Origin: Pseudomonas aeruginosa
GTDB lineage: Bacteria > Pseudomonadota > Gammaproteobacteria > Pseudomonadales > Pseudomonadaceae
Reading direction: 5' to 3'
Assembly (NCBI RefSeq): GCF_001457615.1
Contig: NZ_LN831024.1
Coordinates: forward strand, 5,760,001-5,792,000
Length of the DNA: 32,000 bases
Positions within the stretch are counted from its first letter, which is position 1. Every line of letters begins with the position of its first letter. The notes below the pieces were generated by a model. It worked only from the letters and a program-made list of their open reading frames with translations, ran no database searches and was not told where the DNA came from. Of the stretch, positions 1-10,907 are shown piece by piece. A program made the translations under genes and the position numbers.

Positions 1-109
1 GCGCCTGCGCGAATGGGCGCTGGACTGGCTGGAGGACAACGATATCCAGCCGGCCGCGCGGCAGAGTCCGACGTCGCTCCTGCCGCCGCCGGGCAAGCCG
101 TTCGCCTAG
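1..109 (+). CDS. C-terminal fragment of an unidentified protein (…RLREWALDWLEDNDIQPAARQSPTSLLPPPGKPFA*), truncated by the window start
   Basis: Open reading frame from position 2 to TAG at 107-109; ends 7 nt before the convergent ABC ATPase stop. Confidence 0.5.
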   Translation, partial: RLREWALDWLEDNDIQPAARQSPTSLLPPPGKPFA

Positions 110-116
110 CGCGGTA

Positions 117-851
117 CTAGAGGACCTGACGGAGGAAGGCCTGGGCCCGCGGGTCCTGCGGATTGTCGAAGAACTGCGCCGGCGGCGCGTCCTCCAGCAG
201 CTTGCCGTGGTCGAAGAACAGCACGCGGTCGGCCACTTCGCGGGCAAAGCCCATCTCGTGGGTCACGCAGACCATGGTCATGCCTTCCACGGCCAGGGTC
301 TTCATGACGTCGAGGACTTCGCCGACCATCTCCGGATCGAGCGCCGAGGTCGGTTCGTCGAACAGCATCACCTTGGGGTCCATGCACAACGCGCGAGCGA
401 TCGCCACGCGCTGCTGCTGGCCGCCGGACAGGCGCGAGGGATATTCGTCGGCCTTCTGCCCGATGCCGACCTTGGCCAGCAGCGCCCGCGCCTTGGCCTC
501 GCGCTCGGCCTTGCCGCGCTTGCGCACCACGCGTTGGGCCAGGCAGAGGTTCTCGAGCACGGTCATGTGCGGGAACAGGTTGAAATGCTGGAACACCATG
601 CCGACTTCGCGGCGGTAGGCATTGATGTCGGTCCTCGGGTCGGCCAGGTCGACGCCGTCGATGCTCACCGAGCCTTCGTCGAACTCCTCCAGGCCGTTCA
701 GGCAGCGCAGGAAGGTCGACTTGCCGGAACCGGACGGACCGATCACCACCAGTACCTCGCCCCTGGCCACGCGGGTACTCACGTCGTCCACCGCGCGCAC
801 TACCTGGCCGCGGGTATCGAAGACCTTCAGCAGGTTGCGTACTTCAATCAC
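117..851 (-). CDS. Polar amino acid ABC transporter ATP-binding protein, 244 aa (PA5074-like)
   Basis: Walker [10 protein letters not shown], signature [15 protein letters not shown], Walker B VMLFDEP, H-loop CVTHEMGFA. Confidence 0.93.
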   Translation of the reverse strand: MIEVRNLLKVFDTRGQVVRAVDDVSTRVARGEVLVVIGPSGSGKSTFLRCLNGLEEFDEGSVSIDGVDLADPRTDINAYRREVGMVFQHFNLFPHMTVLENLCLAQRVVRKRGKAEREAKARALLAKVGIGQKADEYPSRLSGGQQQRVAIARALCMDPKVMLFDEPTSALDPEMVGEVLDVMKTLAVEGMTMVCVTHEMGFAREVADRVLFFDHGKLLEDAPPAQFFDNPQDPRAQAFLRQVL

Positions 852-1806
852 TTTGTCCGAGCCTCCGCTCCAGTCGGGATGCCATGTGCGAAAGGGGCAG
901 GTTCAACAGCAGGTACAACGCGGCGACGCAGAACCAGATCTCGAAGGTGGAGAACGAGGTGGTGATCGCCTCGCGGCCGCTCTTGGTCAGTTCGGTGATG
1001 GCGATCACCGAGACCAGCGAGGTGTCCTTGACCAGGCTGATGAACTGCCCGGCCAGCGGCGGCAGCACGCGCTTGAAGGCCTGCGGCAGGATCACGTAGC
1101 GCATCGACTGGCCGGCGTTCAGGCCCAGGGAGCGGGCGGCCTCGTTCTGTCCGCGGGCGATGGACTGCACGCCGGCCCGGATGATCTCGGCCACGTAGGC
1201 GCCGGTGAACAGCGCCAGCGCCGCGACCCCGGCGAACTCGCGGGACAGGTTGAGCACGGTGCCGATGAAGAAGTAGAAGATGAAGATCTGCACCAGCAAC
1301 GGCGTGCCGCGCACCAGCTCGACGTAGATCGTCGACAGGTCGTGCAGGGTCGGGTTCTTCGACAGCCGGCAGAGGCCGGCGACCAGGCCGATAGCCAGAC
1401 CGATGGCACCGGACACCAGCGATAGCCAGAGGGTGGTCCACAGGCCCCAGAGCAGTGGGCCGGCGGCCCAGTGGCGGGTCACCCCGACCGCGTCGCCCTC
1501 GGCCACGTCGTCGCCTTCGGAGAATTGCAGGCTGTCCTGGGCGACGGTCACGACCTGCTTCTCGCCGCTCTCGCCAAGCAGCGTGACGCGCGCGTCCCTG
1601 CCCTGTTCCTCGATAGCCTCGACCCGGCCGATCTCGTTGGCCCGTAAAGGCTCCTCGGCCTGGTAGGCGAAGTACTGCGGAACGCGGTTCCAGCGCCATT
1701 CATAGGAAATCAGCGAGGTGGAGAACCACAGCGCCCAGGCCAGGACCAGCAGGATCAGCCCGGTCAGCAGGTGCCAGGGCCAGACGGAACGTTTCTTCTT
1801 GGTCAC
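844..1806 (-). CDS. Polar amino acid ABC transporter permease, 320 aa (PA5075-like)
   Basis: HisM-type core with the EAA-like loop '[37 protein letters not shown]'; start overlaps the ATPase ORF by 8 nt. Confidence 0.92.
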   Translation of the reverse strand: MTKKKRSVWPWHLLTGLILLVLAWALWFSTSLISYEWRWNRVPQYFAYQAEEPLRANEIGRVEAIEEQGRDARVTLLGESGEKQVVTVAQDSLQFSEGDDVAEGDAVGVTRHWAAGPLLWGLWTTLWLSLVSGAIGLAIGLVAGLCRLSKNPTLHDLSTIYVELVRGTPLLVQIFIFYFFIGTVLNLSREFAGVAALALFTGAYVAEIIRAGVQSIARGQNEAARSLGLNAGQSMRYVILPQAFKRVLPPLAGQFISLVKDTSLVSVIAITELTKSGREAITTSFSTFEIWFCVAALYLLLNLPLSHMASRLERRLGQSD

Positions 1807-1840
1807 GGAAACTCTCTCGAACGATGGAATGCGCAGGTAC

Positions 1841-1865
1841 GACGGCCCCCTTCGCGGGGGCCGTC
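1841..1865 (-). promoter_or_regulatory. Intercistronic stem-loop between the binding-protein and permease genes
   Basis: Perfect 10-bp inverted repeat GACGGCCCCC(1841-1850)/GGGGGCCGTC(1856-1865), loop TTCGC, with no T-run after it on the minus strand. Confidence 0.7.
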
Positions 1866-1871
1866 AGCGGT

Positions 1872-2672
1872 TCATTCCATTTCCTTCAGCCACTCGGTGT
1901 TCTTGAACCACTTGTCGTGGATGCGCTGATAGGTGCCGTCTTCGCGGATCTGATGGAGGAAGTTGTTGATGAAATTGATGCTGTCGTAGTCGCCTTTCTT
2001 CAGGCCGAACGCCAGCGGCTCGTAGGTGAACGGCTGGTCGAGGTAGACCAGCTTGCCGGCGCCGAACTTGCTCACCGCCACCACGTTGTAGGGCGAGTCG
2101 TAGATGAAGGCGTCAGCCTTGCCGTTGACCACGTCCATCACCGCTTCCGGCTCGTTGTCGAAGCCGTGGTACTTGGCCTTGCTGATCAGCTTGCGGGCAA
2201 CGATCTCACCGGTGGTGCCGATCTTCGAGGTGATGCTGTACTGCGGATCGTTCAGGTCCTTGTAGGACTTGATCTTGCCTTCCAGTTCCTTGCGCACCAG
2301 CAGGGTCTGGCCGACCACGATGAAGGGCTCGGAGAAGTTCAGGCGCAGGTTGCGCTCCTGGGTCAGGGTCATGCCCGAGCCGATCATGTCGAACTTGTCG
2401 GTCAGCAGCGCCGGGATGATGCCGTCGTAGCTGGTGGAGACCAGCTCCAGCTTGACGCCCATGGACTTGGCCATGGCCTTGAGCAGGTCGACTTCGAAGC
2501 CGATGATCTGGCCACGCTTGTTGGTCATCTCGAACGGCATGTAGGTCGGGTCCATGCCGACCCGCAGGGTGCCGCGCTTGACCGCGTCCTCCACCGCGCC
2601 GGCCGCCTGGACCGAAGCCACGCCCACCAGGGCGCAGACGCCCAGAACCAATGAAGCAAGATACTTTTTCAT
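1872..2672 (-). CDS. Amino acid ABC transporter periplasmic binding protein, 266 aa (PA5076-like)
   Basis: Start trimmed to MKKYLASLVLGVCALVGVASVQA (signal peptide) at 2672; family 3 solute-binding motifs 'GTLRVGMDPTYMPFEM', 'KRGQIIGFEVDLLKAMAK'. Confidence 0.92.
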   Translation of the reverse strand: MKKYLASLVLGVCALVGVASVQAAGAVEDAVKRGTLRVGMDPTYMPFEMTNKRGQIIGFEVDLLKAMAKSMGVKLELVSTSYDGIIPALLTDKFDMIGSGMTLTQERNLRLNFSEPFIVVGQTLLVRKELEGKIKSYKDLNDPQYSITSKIGTTGEIVARKLISKAKYHGFDNEPEAVMDVVNGKADAFIYDSPYNVVAVSKFGAGKLVYLDQPFTYEPLAFGLKKGDYDSINFINNFLHQIREDGTYQRIHDKWFKNTEWLKEME

Positions 2673-2873
2673 TCCCCAATCCCCAGCAGTCTTAGAAACA
2701 CAGTCGTCGAACGGATGCTCTCGTCGTGTCGCCGTCCCGGGCGGGCAGCAGGCCATGACCGGCTGCGCAAAAGGCGGCCGATAGTACCTCAGCTGGCGAA
2801 CGATACGAGACTTTCTGGATTGCCGGCGCAGGGTAACAGCAGCGCCGCACGGGGAAAACAGGCAAGAAACAGA

Positions 2874-2907
2874 CCATGCCCCCGGCGGCGCTCCGCCGGG
2901 GGCATGG
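2874..2907 (-). terminator. Rho-independent-type terminator for the opgG-opgH transcript
   Basis: Perfect 15-bp stem CCATGCCCCCGGCGG/CCGCCGGGGGCATGG with a 4-nt loop, 2 nt past the opgH stop, followed on the minus strand by T-rich TCTGTTTCTTG. Confidence 0.85.
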
Positions 2908-2909
2908 GA

Positions 2910-5495
2910 TCAGGACTGGGCGGCGGGCAGCAGGCCGGCGTCGCCGGGCACTACCTGGGCCAGCGGTACGCTGGCGGCGTGGGGGTCGTCCGCCTCGGCC
3001 TTGCGCCAGCGGCCGAGCCAGTCGTCGCGGTCCTCTTCCCAGACCCGCGTATGCAGGCGCGAAAGTGCTACCGGGTCACTCAACAGAGCCAGGCGCGTGG
3101 TGCCGTCGAGCTGTTCCGGGCCCTTATCGATGGCCTTGCCGATACGCTCGCCGCGCACCGTCTCGATGGCTTGCGCACGGTTGTGGCGAGCCGTGCCCAT
3201 GGCGCAGGCCAGGGCGTTGAGCAACGGATCGACGGCGGCCTTGAGGAAGCCATCCTTGAGCGCATGCCAGCGGTTCTCGTAGGTGTACTCGTCGGTGGCG
3301 CGCAGCTCGCGCGGCGTGTCGTACTCCTCCGGGATCAGGAACAGCTTTTCGTCGCGGGCGCGCAGGCCCAGCTTCACCCGGCTGGAGATCACCGATACCG
3401 GGATCGACAGGATCAGCGAACCGACGATCGGCGACAGCCACCACAGGAAGCGCGGGTTGAGCCAGGCCACCAGCAGGGTCCAGGCGATACCCAGCAGGGT
3501 CTGCATGCCGTGCCGGCGGATCGCCTCGCTCCAGGGCGTGGCGTCGTCGTCGCGCTGCGGCGAGTTCCACTGCACCGACCAGCCGAGGAAGGCGGCCAGC
3601 ACGAAGCGGGTGTGGAAGAGCATGCGCACCGGCGCCAGCAGCACCGAGAAGAACATCTCCAGGAGCATGCTCAGGGTCACCCGGATCACCCCGCCGAAAC
3701 CCTTGGCGCCCTTGGCCCAGATCAGCATTACGCTGAGCAGCTTGGGCAGGAACAACAGGGTCAGGGTGGTGGAGAACAACGCGATGGCCTTCTCCGGATG
3801 CCACTGCGGCCAGATCGGGAACAGCTGCCGCGGTTCCAGGAAGTACTGCGGCTCCATCAGTTGGTGCACCGCCAGCAGCGCGGTGGAAAGCACCAGGAAG
3901 AAGAACCACAACGGCGCCGACAGGTAGGACATGACCCCGGTGAGGAACACCGCGCGGTGCACCGGGTGCATGCCCTTGACCAGGAACAGGCGGAAGTTCA
4001 TCAGGTTGCCGTGGCACCAGCGGCGGTCGCGCTTGAGTTCGTCGAGCAGGTTCGGCGGCAGTTCTTCGTAGCTGCCGTCGAGGTCGTAGGCGATCCACAC
4101 GCCCCAGCCGGCACGGCGCATCAACGCAGCCTCGACGAAGTCGTGGGACAGGATCGCGCCGGCGAACGAGCCCTTGCCCGGCAACGGCGCCAGGGCGCAG
4201 TGGTCGATGAAGGGCTGCATGCGGATGATCGCGTTGTGGCCCCAGTAGTGCGACTCGCCGAGTTGCCAGAAGTGCAGGCCGGCGGTGAACAGCGGGCCGT
4301 AGACGCGGGTGGCGAACTGCTGCATGCGCGCATACAGGGTGTCCATGCCGGACGCCTTCGGCGCGGTCTGGATGATCCCCGCCTCAGGATTGGCCTCCAT
4401 CAGGCGTACCAGCTTGGCCAGGCAGTCGCCGCTCATCACGCTGTCGGCGTCCATCACCACCATGTAGCGGTAGTCGCCGCCCCAGCGCCGGCAGAAGTCG
4501 TCGATGTTGCCGCTCTTGCGCTTCACCCGACGCCGGCGGCGACGGTAGAAGATCTTGCCGAAGCCCTTGGTCTCGCGGCACAGCTCGAGCCAGGCCTGCT
4601 GCTCGGCGACGGCGATATCCGGGTCGTTGGTGTCGCTGAGGACGAAGAAGTCGAAGCGCTCCATCTCGCCGGTGGCGGCCATCGACTCGACGGTCGCCCG
4701 CAGGCCGGCGAATACCCGCGGCACGTCTTCGTTGCAGATCGGCATGACGATCGCCGTGCGGGCGTCGGCGGCGATCGGCTCGCTGCCGGCGCTGCTGCCG
4801 GAGATCCGGTAGCGGTCACGCCCGGTGAGCAGCTCCCAGAAGCCCATCAGCGCGGTCCAGAAGCCGGCCGAGACCCAGCAGAAGAGGATCGCGAAGAGCG
4901 CCAGGATGCCGAACTGGATGACATAGGGCAGCACCTGCTGGACGGTATCCAGCAGGCTCTGCTGGGCCAGCTCCTCCAGGTCGACGAAGGCCCAGCCCTG
5001 GTAGGGCAGGATGCCTTTCATGTAGTAGGTGGCGACCGAGGTCTGCGCCAGCATCAACAACAGCAGGATGAACCGGCGCAGCGAGCCGACCCGCTGCCAG
5101 CGGGCCCGCGGCAGGGCACGCTTGGGCTTGGGCGGGTTGCTGCGTCCGGTCAGCCGACGCCAGCCGCGCACCAGGATGTTGGTGCGCCAGGGCTCGGGAA
5201 TCACCTTGGTACGGCGGATCGGCGGGGAAATCTTGAGGAAGGTGCGACCCCGGGCGTCGACGCCGAACATCTCGGCGTCGTCCAGCTCAGGGGTGCCCAG
5301 CTGCAGGCGGGCGCGTACCGAGGCCAGGGCGGGATCGCCCCCGGCATCGGCAGCGGCGCCTTCCGCTCCCGCCAGGCGAGCGTGCAGCTCGGAGAAGGAA
5401 GCGGACTCGCCAAGTCGCTCCCGCTCCTCTTCCGCCAGGGGAAGATGAGCGAGGTAGTCGGCCAGCGGTGCTTTCGTAGTGGATGGGTTATTCAT
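2910..5495 (-). CDS. opgH: Glucans biosynthesis glucosyltransferase H, 861 aa
   Basis: Family 2 glycosyltransferase motifs: '[21 protein letters not shown]', '[10 protein letters not shown]', '[13 protein letters not shown]'; several TM segments; adjacent to opgG. Confidence 0.96.
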
Positions 5496-7065
5496 CGGCA
5501 GGCAGCTGATAGCTCCAGGTTTCGCTCAGTGGCTTCTGCGCCTCGTCGACCAGCGCCGCGCGCATTTCCACCGGCTTCTTCGGATCCTTGACCTTGATCC
5601 GCAGCGTCAGGCGCCAGCCTTTCAGGACCGGGTTGTAACGCAGGCTGTTCTCCACCACCTCGGCGTTGCTGTCGGTGCTGACCTGGGTGGTCACCGGCGC
5701 GTCCGGCGCCAGGTCCTTCAGGGCCGGCCCTTCGAAGTCGACGACCAGGGCGGTGCTGCCGTCCTGCTGGCGGATCAGGTTCTTCTGCTTCACGTCGCCG
5801 ACCGAGCGCATGGTCTGCTTGACCCAGGAGGATTTCGGGTCGTGCAGCTCGTCTTCATCCATGGTCCAGTGCAGGCGGTAGGCGAAGTCCAGCGGCTTTC
5901 CGACCTCAGGCTGGGTCTCGGGGTTCCAGAACGCGACGATATTGTCGTTGGTTTCGTCCGGGGTCGGGATTTCCACCAGTTCCACGGTGCCCTTGCCCCA
6001 GTCGCCCTTCGGCTCGATCCAGGCGCTCGGACGCAGGTCGTAGCGGTCGTCCAGGTCTTCGTAGCGGGAGAACTCGCGGCCGCGCTGGAGCAGGCCGAAG
6101 CCTTTCGGGTTCTCCACGCTGAAGGTGCTCACCGACAGGTGCTTCGGATTGTTCAGCGGACGCCACAGCCACTCGCCGTTGCCGGCATGGATCTGCAGAC
6201 CGCTGGAGTCATGCAGCTCGGGCCGGAAGTTGTGCTGCTCGGACGGCTGGTTGGAGCCGAACAGGTACATGCTGGTCAGCGGCGCCAGGCCCAGTTTGCT
6301 GACCTTGTCGCGGAGGAACACGCGGGCCTGGACATCCATCACCGCATCCTTGCCCGGACGCAGCACGAAGCGGTAGGCGCCGGTGGCCCGCGGCGAGTCG
6401 AGCAGGGCGTAGATCACCAGTTGCTTGTCCTGCGCCTTCGGCCGCTCGATCCAGAATTCGCGGAAGCGCGGGAACTCTTCGCCCGAAGGCAGCGCGGTAT
6501 CGATCGCCAGGCCGCGCGCCGACAGACCGTAGACCTGGCCCTTGCCGACCACGCGGAAGTAGCTCGCGCCAAGGAAGGTGGCGATCTCGTCCTGCTTGTC
6601 GGCCTTGTTGATCGGATAGAGCACGCGGAAACCGGCATAGCCGAGATCCTTGGTGGCATTCTCGTCGAACTTCAGGGATCCGAAATCGAATTTGGTGCGA
6701 TCGTACTTGATCGGCTTGACCGTGGTAGCGGTCACCTCGTTGATCTTCACCGGCGTGTCGAAGTGCATGCCCTGGTGATAGAAGCTCAGCTTGAACGGCG
6801 TCTTCAGCTTGCCCCAGTAGGCGCGCTCGTTGATAAAACGGATCTGCTGGTAATCGGCGAATTTCATTTCGCTGAATTCCGATGGCAGGTTGCTGGTCGG
6901 CGCGGAATACTTGTCGCCGGCCAGGTCCTTGGCCTTGCTCGCCACGTCGTCGATGCTGAACGCCCATACCGGGGCGGCGACGAATGCCAGCGCGGTCGAG
7001 CCGGCAAGCAGCAGGGTGCGCACGCGGGCGCGGAAATCGGTGTTTGAAACGGAACGGAAAATCAC
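5488..7065 (-). CDS. opgG: Periplasmic glucans biosynthesis protein G, 525 aa
   Basis: OpgG/MdoG features: '[21 protein letters not shown]', '[30 protein letters not shown]'; signal peptide; start region upstream of opgH with an 8-nt overlap. Confidence 0.96.
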
Positions 7066-7521
7066 GAGGCCCCCTCGTCCGTGAACATGAATTACTGAAG
7101 ACGCCCTGACCGTTCAGGGGTCTCCGACGGCACCGGAGTGCCGGTCGAACATGGTTTCGCCACATTCGCTGCCAAACCCGATAGATAGCCAGATTTGGCG
7201 CGATCTGACAAAAAGAATGCCTGTTTCCAGTCATTCGCGTTACGTGCACCGGGCCTGGAAAACCAGGGGGCATGCCGCTCGTCGGCTAGCGACCCCAGAG
7301 GTTCCGACCCTGCCCGGGCGGAATGATTCCCGTCCATTGGGTTGCAGGACGCCCCGCCCGGCATCGGGATGCCGGCCGGCCTGTCCTGTACAGCATGAAA
7401 TCGGCGTGCGGATGATGCACCGAGGTTGTGACAAAAGGCCATGTATCTGTCACAAAAATTCACCGTTCCGGCCCCGCCATCCCTCCCTGAAGCACCTTGG
7501 GGACAATCCCCTCGACGCCGA

Positions 7522-7959
7522 TCAACTCTCCAGCAGGAAGGTCACCGGCCCGTCGTTGACCAGGTGCACCTGCATGTCGGCGCCGAAACGCCCGGTCGCC
7601 ACCTGCGGATAGGCCTCCCGCGCCAGTTTCACCAGGTGCTCGAACACCGTCTCTCCTTGCGCCGGCGGCGCCGCGCTGGAGAAGCTCGGACGCAGTCCGC
7701 TGCGGGTGTTCGCCGCCAGGGTGAATTGCGAGACCAGCAGCAAGCCGCCCTGCACGTCCAGCAAGGACCGGTTCATCTTGCCCTCGTCGTCGCCGAACAC
7801 CCTGTAGTTGAGCAGCTTGTGCAGCATCTTCGCCGCGCAACGCTCGCCATCCTCGGGCTCGACCCCGACCAGCACCAGCAGGCCGCGATCGATGGAGCCG
7901 ACGATTTCGCCGCCAACCTCCACCCGAGCCGCGCCGACGCGCTGCAGCAATGCCTTCAT
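7522..7959 (-). CDS. dtd: D-aminoacyl-tRNA deacylase, 145 aa
   Basis: [21 protein letters not shown]…, '[11 protein letters not shown]', '[14 protein letters not shown]' (Gly-Pro motif), full length. Confidence 0.96.
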   Translation of the reverse strand: MKALLQRVGAARVEVGGEIVGSIDRGLLVLVGVEPEDGERCAAKMLHKLLNYRVFGDDEGKMNRSLLDVQGGLLLVSQFTLAANTRSGLRPSFSSAAPPAQGETVFEHLVKLAREAYPQVATGRFGADMQVHLVNDGPVTFLLES

Positions 7960-8927
7960 TCGGCCTCCGGCGGCAGGTCGAGCAGTCGCCGGCCGATCTC
8001 GTTGGTGGCGCGCACCAGCGCATCGACTATCCCCGGCTCGCTGGCGGTATGCCCGGCGTCGCGGATGATCTGCAGTTCGCTGTTCGGCCAGGCCTGGTGC
8101 AGGGCCCAGGCATTGTCCAGCGGACAGATGGCGTCGTAGCGGCCATGCACGATCACGCCAGGCAGATGGGCGATGCGGTGCATGTCCTCGAGCAACTGGT
8201 TGGGCCTGAGGAAGCCCTGGTTGACGAAGAAGTGGTTCTCGATGCGCGAGATCGACAGCGCCCTGCCCGGCTCGGTGAAGCGGTCCACCACCATGGGGTT
8301 GGGGCGCAGCGTGGCGGTGCGGCCCTCCCAGGTCGACCAGGCCTTGGCAGCGTGCATCTGGGCGATCTGGTCGCTACCGGTCAGGCGCTTGTGGAAGGCC
8401 GCCAGCAGGTCGCCGCGCTCTTCCGGCGGGATCGGCGCGACATAGTCTTCCCAATAGTCGGGGAACAGGCGGCTGGCGCCTTCCTGGTAGAACCAGTGGA
8501 TGTCCTGCGGACGGCAGAGGAAGATGCCGCGCAGGATCAGCGCATGGACCCGCTCGGGATGGGTCTGCGCGTAGGCCAGCGACAGGGTCGAGCCCCAGGA
8601 ACCGCCGAACAGCACCCACTTCTCGATACCCAGGTGCTCGCGCAGGCGCTCCATGTCCGCCACCAGCTCCCAGGTGCTGTTCTTCTCCAGGCTGGCGTGG
8701 GGCGTGGAACGGCCGCAACCGCGCTGGTCGAAGGTGACGATACGGTAGAGGTTGGGATCGAAGAAGCGACGCGACAGGGCATCGCAACCGGAGCCGGGGC
8801 CGCCGTGGACGAAGACGACCGGCAGTCCGTCCGGCGAACCGCTTTCGTCGGCATACAGCACATGCGGTTCGTCGACGGCCAGCTCGTGGCGAGCGTAGGG
8901 TTTAATTTCCGGATACAGAACTAGCAT
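7956..8927 (-). CDS. pip: Proline iminopeptidase, alpha/beta hydrolase, 323 aa
   Basis: Start trimmed to [16 protein letters not shown] (ATG 8925-8927); '[12 protein letters not shown]', nucleophile 'GGSWGS', 'YDAICP', 'AGHTASEP'; 4-nt overlap with dtd. Confidence 0.95.
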   Translation of the reverse strand: MLVLYPEIKPYARHELAVDEPHVLYADESGSPDGLPVVFVHGGPGSGCDALSRRFFDPNLYRIVTFDQRGCGRSTPHASLEKNSTWELVADMERLREHLGIEKWVLFGGSWGSTLSLAYAQTHPERVHALILRGIFLCRPQDIHWFYQEGASRLFPDYWEDYVAPIPPEERGDLLAAFHKRLTGSDQIAQMHAAKAWSTWEGRTATLRPNPMVVDRFTEPGRALSISRIENHFFVNQGFLRPNQLLEDMHRIAHLPGVIVHGRYDAICPLDNAWALHQAWPNSELQIIRDAGHTASEPGIVDALVRATNEIGRRLLDLPPEAE

Positions 8928-9108
8928 GATGCGCTCCCGAGGCGATGTGTTCGGCCCCCGGCGCAAACGTCGACAGCGGGGCCCGTCCTTTGCTCTGCCG
9001 CGCATGATACTTCGGCGCCGGGAAAAAAACCGAGCGGCTTTCATGTCCGCCCCGGTAGAGGGGAAACCATCAATCCAAGCAACGGCGCCTGGCGCCGGGA
9101 GAACGAGC

Positions 9109-9585
9109 ATGGCCGAGGCCTTGCGACACCGTATCCGCGCCGCCGGCCTGCTGGTGGTGGAGCAACGCATCCTGCTGGTCCGCCACGAGGTCGGCGGCGA
9201 CATCTACTGGATTCCGCCCGGCGGCGGCTTCGAGTCGGAATGCGACGAATCGACGAAGGATACCGTCCGGCGCGAGTTTTTCGAGGAGACCGGCCTGCGG
9301 GTGGACGTCGGCCCGCTGGTCTACGTGCGCGAATTCGCCGAACCCGCCGCCGGGCGCTTCCACATGGAGCTGTTCTACCGCATCGACGCCTGGCGTGGCG
9401 AGCCGACCCTGGCCAACCTGAAGGGCCTGGGCGGCGACGAGTTCGATATCCGCGAGGTCGGCTGGATCGCCCGCGACGAACTGCCTGGCCTGCCGTCGTT
9501 CTATCCGGCCGAACTGGCCGACGACGTCTGGTCGCGCCTGGACGCGCCGACGCCGTCGATCCGCCACCTCGGCCTGCAGCGCTAG
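9109..9585 (+). CDS. NUDIX hydrolase, 158 aa
   Basis: Start trimmed to MAEALRHRIRAAGLLVVEQ; Nudix box 'GGGFESECDESTKDTVRREFFEETGL'. Only plus-strand gene between the 5' partial CDS and dguR. Confidence 0.9.
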   Translation: MAEALRHRIRAAGLLVVEQRILLVRHEVGGDIYWIPPGGGFESECDESTKDTVRREFFEETGLRVDVGPLVYVREFAEPAAGRFHMELFYRIDAWRGEPTLANLKGLGGDEFDIREVGWIARDELPGLPSFYPAELADDVWSRLDAPTPSIRHLGLQR

Positions 9586-9589
9586 ACGC

Positions 9590-10489
9590 TCACTGCACCG
9601 GATCGCTGGTGGGGTTCTCGAGGATCGCCTTCAGCTCCGCGGTCATGGGAAACTCCAGGTTCAACCCCTTGGGCGGGATCGGCTGCTGGAACCAGCGCTG
9701 GTAGATGCCCTGTATCTCGCCCGAGCGATACAGCCCGGCCAGGGTCTCGTTGACCAGGGCAAGGAACTGCGGGTCGTCCTTGCGCACCATGCAGCTGTAG
9801 ATCTCCCGCGATTGCGGCTCGCCGACCACCACCCAGTCGTGCGGCTGGCGCGCCTTGGCGCGTTCGCCGTAGAGCAGCGCATCGTCCATGTAGAAGGCCA
9901 CCGCGCGACCCGATTGCAGCATCTGGAAGGCTTCGCCGTGGTCCTTGGCGCTGACCACGTTCATCCCCAGCTTGTGTTCGGCGTTGTAGTTCTTCAGGTA
10001 GCGCTCGTTGGTGGTGCCGGCGGTGGTCACCACGTTCTTGCCCTTGAGGTCGTCGAAGTGGGCGATGCCGCTGTCCTTGCGGGTCAGCAACTGGCCCTTG
10101 ACGTAGATGAAGCCGTAGGAGAACGCCACCTGTTTCTGCCGCTCGGCGGTGACCCCGGTGGAGCCGCACTCCAGGTCGACGGTGCCATTCTGCACCAGAG
10201 GGATACGGGTCTGCGAAGTGACCAGGTTGTACTTCACCTTGAGTTCCGGCTTGCCGAGGGTGCTTTTGAGCCGCTCCACCACCTTGTCGGCCAGTTCCAC
10301 CGAATAGCCCATGGGCTGGCCGCTGTTATCGCCAAGGTAGGAGAAAGGCACCGAGGCATCGCGATAACCCAGGGTTATCGTGCCGTTGTCGGCAACCTTC
10401 TTCAGGGTGCCGCTGAGTTCCTCGGCCTGCGCGGCGCCGATGGCGAGCGACAGGGAGAGTGCGAGAGTGCTGGATACAAGAATTTTCAT
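9590..10489 (-). CDS. dguC: Extracellular amino acid-binding protein, 299 aa (PA5082-like, dgu cluster)
   Basis: Signal peptide MKILVSSTLALSLSLAIGAAQAEE; 'GTITLGYRDASVPFSY', 'GQPMGYSVELADKVVERL'; downstream of the RidA and D-amino acid dehydrogenase genes. Confidence 0.88.
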   Translation of the reverse strand: MKILVSSTLALSLSLAIGAAQAEELSGTLKKVADNGTITLGYRDASVPFSYLGDNSGQPMGYSVELADKVVERLKSTLGKPELKVKYNLVTSQTRIPLVQNGTVDLECGSTGVTAERQKQVAFSYGFIYVKGQLLTRKDSGIAHFDDLKGKNVVTTAGTTNERYLKNYNAEHKLGMNVVSAKDHGEAFQMLQSGRAVAFYMDDALLYGERAKARQPHDWVVVGEPQSREIYSCMVRKDDPQFLALVNETLAGLYRSGEIQGIYQRWFQQPIPPKGLNLEFPMTAELKAILENPTSDPVQ

Positions 10490-10531
10490 CGGAGGTTCTG
10501 CCTCTTTTTTCTTATGGCTATGGAAAGTAAG

Positions 10532-10882
10532 TCAGCCCCTGGCCGCCACCACGGTGATCTCCACCAGCACCGACGGACGCGCCAGCTCCGCCTGGACGGT
10601 GGTCCGGCTGGGCGCCTGGCCGATCGGCAACCACTGGGTCCAGACCTCGTTCAGGGCGGCGAAATCGCGGGCGATGTCCTTCAGGTAGATGGTCGCGCTG
10701 AGGATACGCTCCTTGCGCGACCCGGCCTCGGCCAGCAGCGCGTCGATCTTCGCCAGCACCTCGCGGGTCTGGCCATGGATATCCTCGGCCTGGCCCGGCA
10801 CCTGGCCGGAAAGAAATACCAGGGCGTCGAAGCAGACCGCGGCGGACAGGCGGTCGTTGGTGGCGATACGGGTCGGTTCCAT
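10532..10882 (-). CDS. dguB: RidA/YjgF/YER057c-family protein, 116 aa
   Basis: Start trimmed to MEPTRIATNDRLSAAVCFDALVFLSGQVPG; 'ATIYLKDIARDFAALNEVW', 'APSRTTVQAELARPSVLVEI'. Confidence 0.9.
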   Translation of the reverse strand: MEPTRIATNDRLSAAVCFDALVFLSGQVPGQAEDIHGQTREVLAKIDALLAEAGSRKERILSATIYLKDIARDFAALNEVWTQWLPIGQAPSRTTVQAELARPSVLVEITVVAARG

Positions 10883-10907
10883 GGGAGTGCTCCAGGTCGA
10901 GGGGAAT

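Noticed and set aside
5479-7047. 522-aa plus-strand ORF antisense to opgG, and similar long plus-strand ORFs (2715-5591, 16922-18901, 23637-25157, 26860-28491)
   Set aside because: High-GC shadow ORFs in frames opposite well-supported genes. Composition is His/Arg/Gln/Asp-rich and no domain is recognisable.
7427-7454. TGTGAC…GTCACA as a Vfr/CRP binding site
   Set aside because: The half-sites are far wider apart than TGTGA-N6-TCACA, so it is not a normal Vfr site. Kept only as part of the intergenic structure finding.
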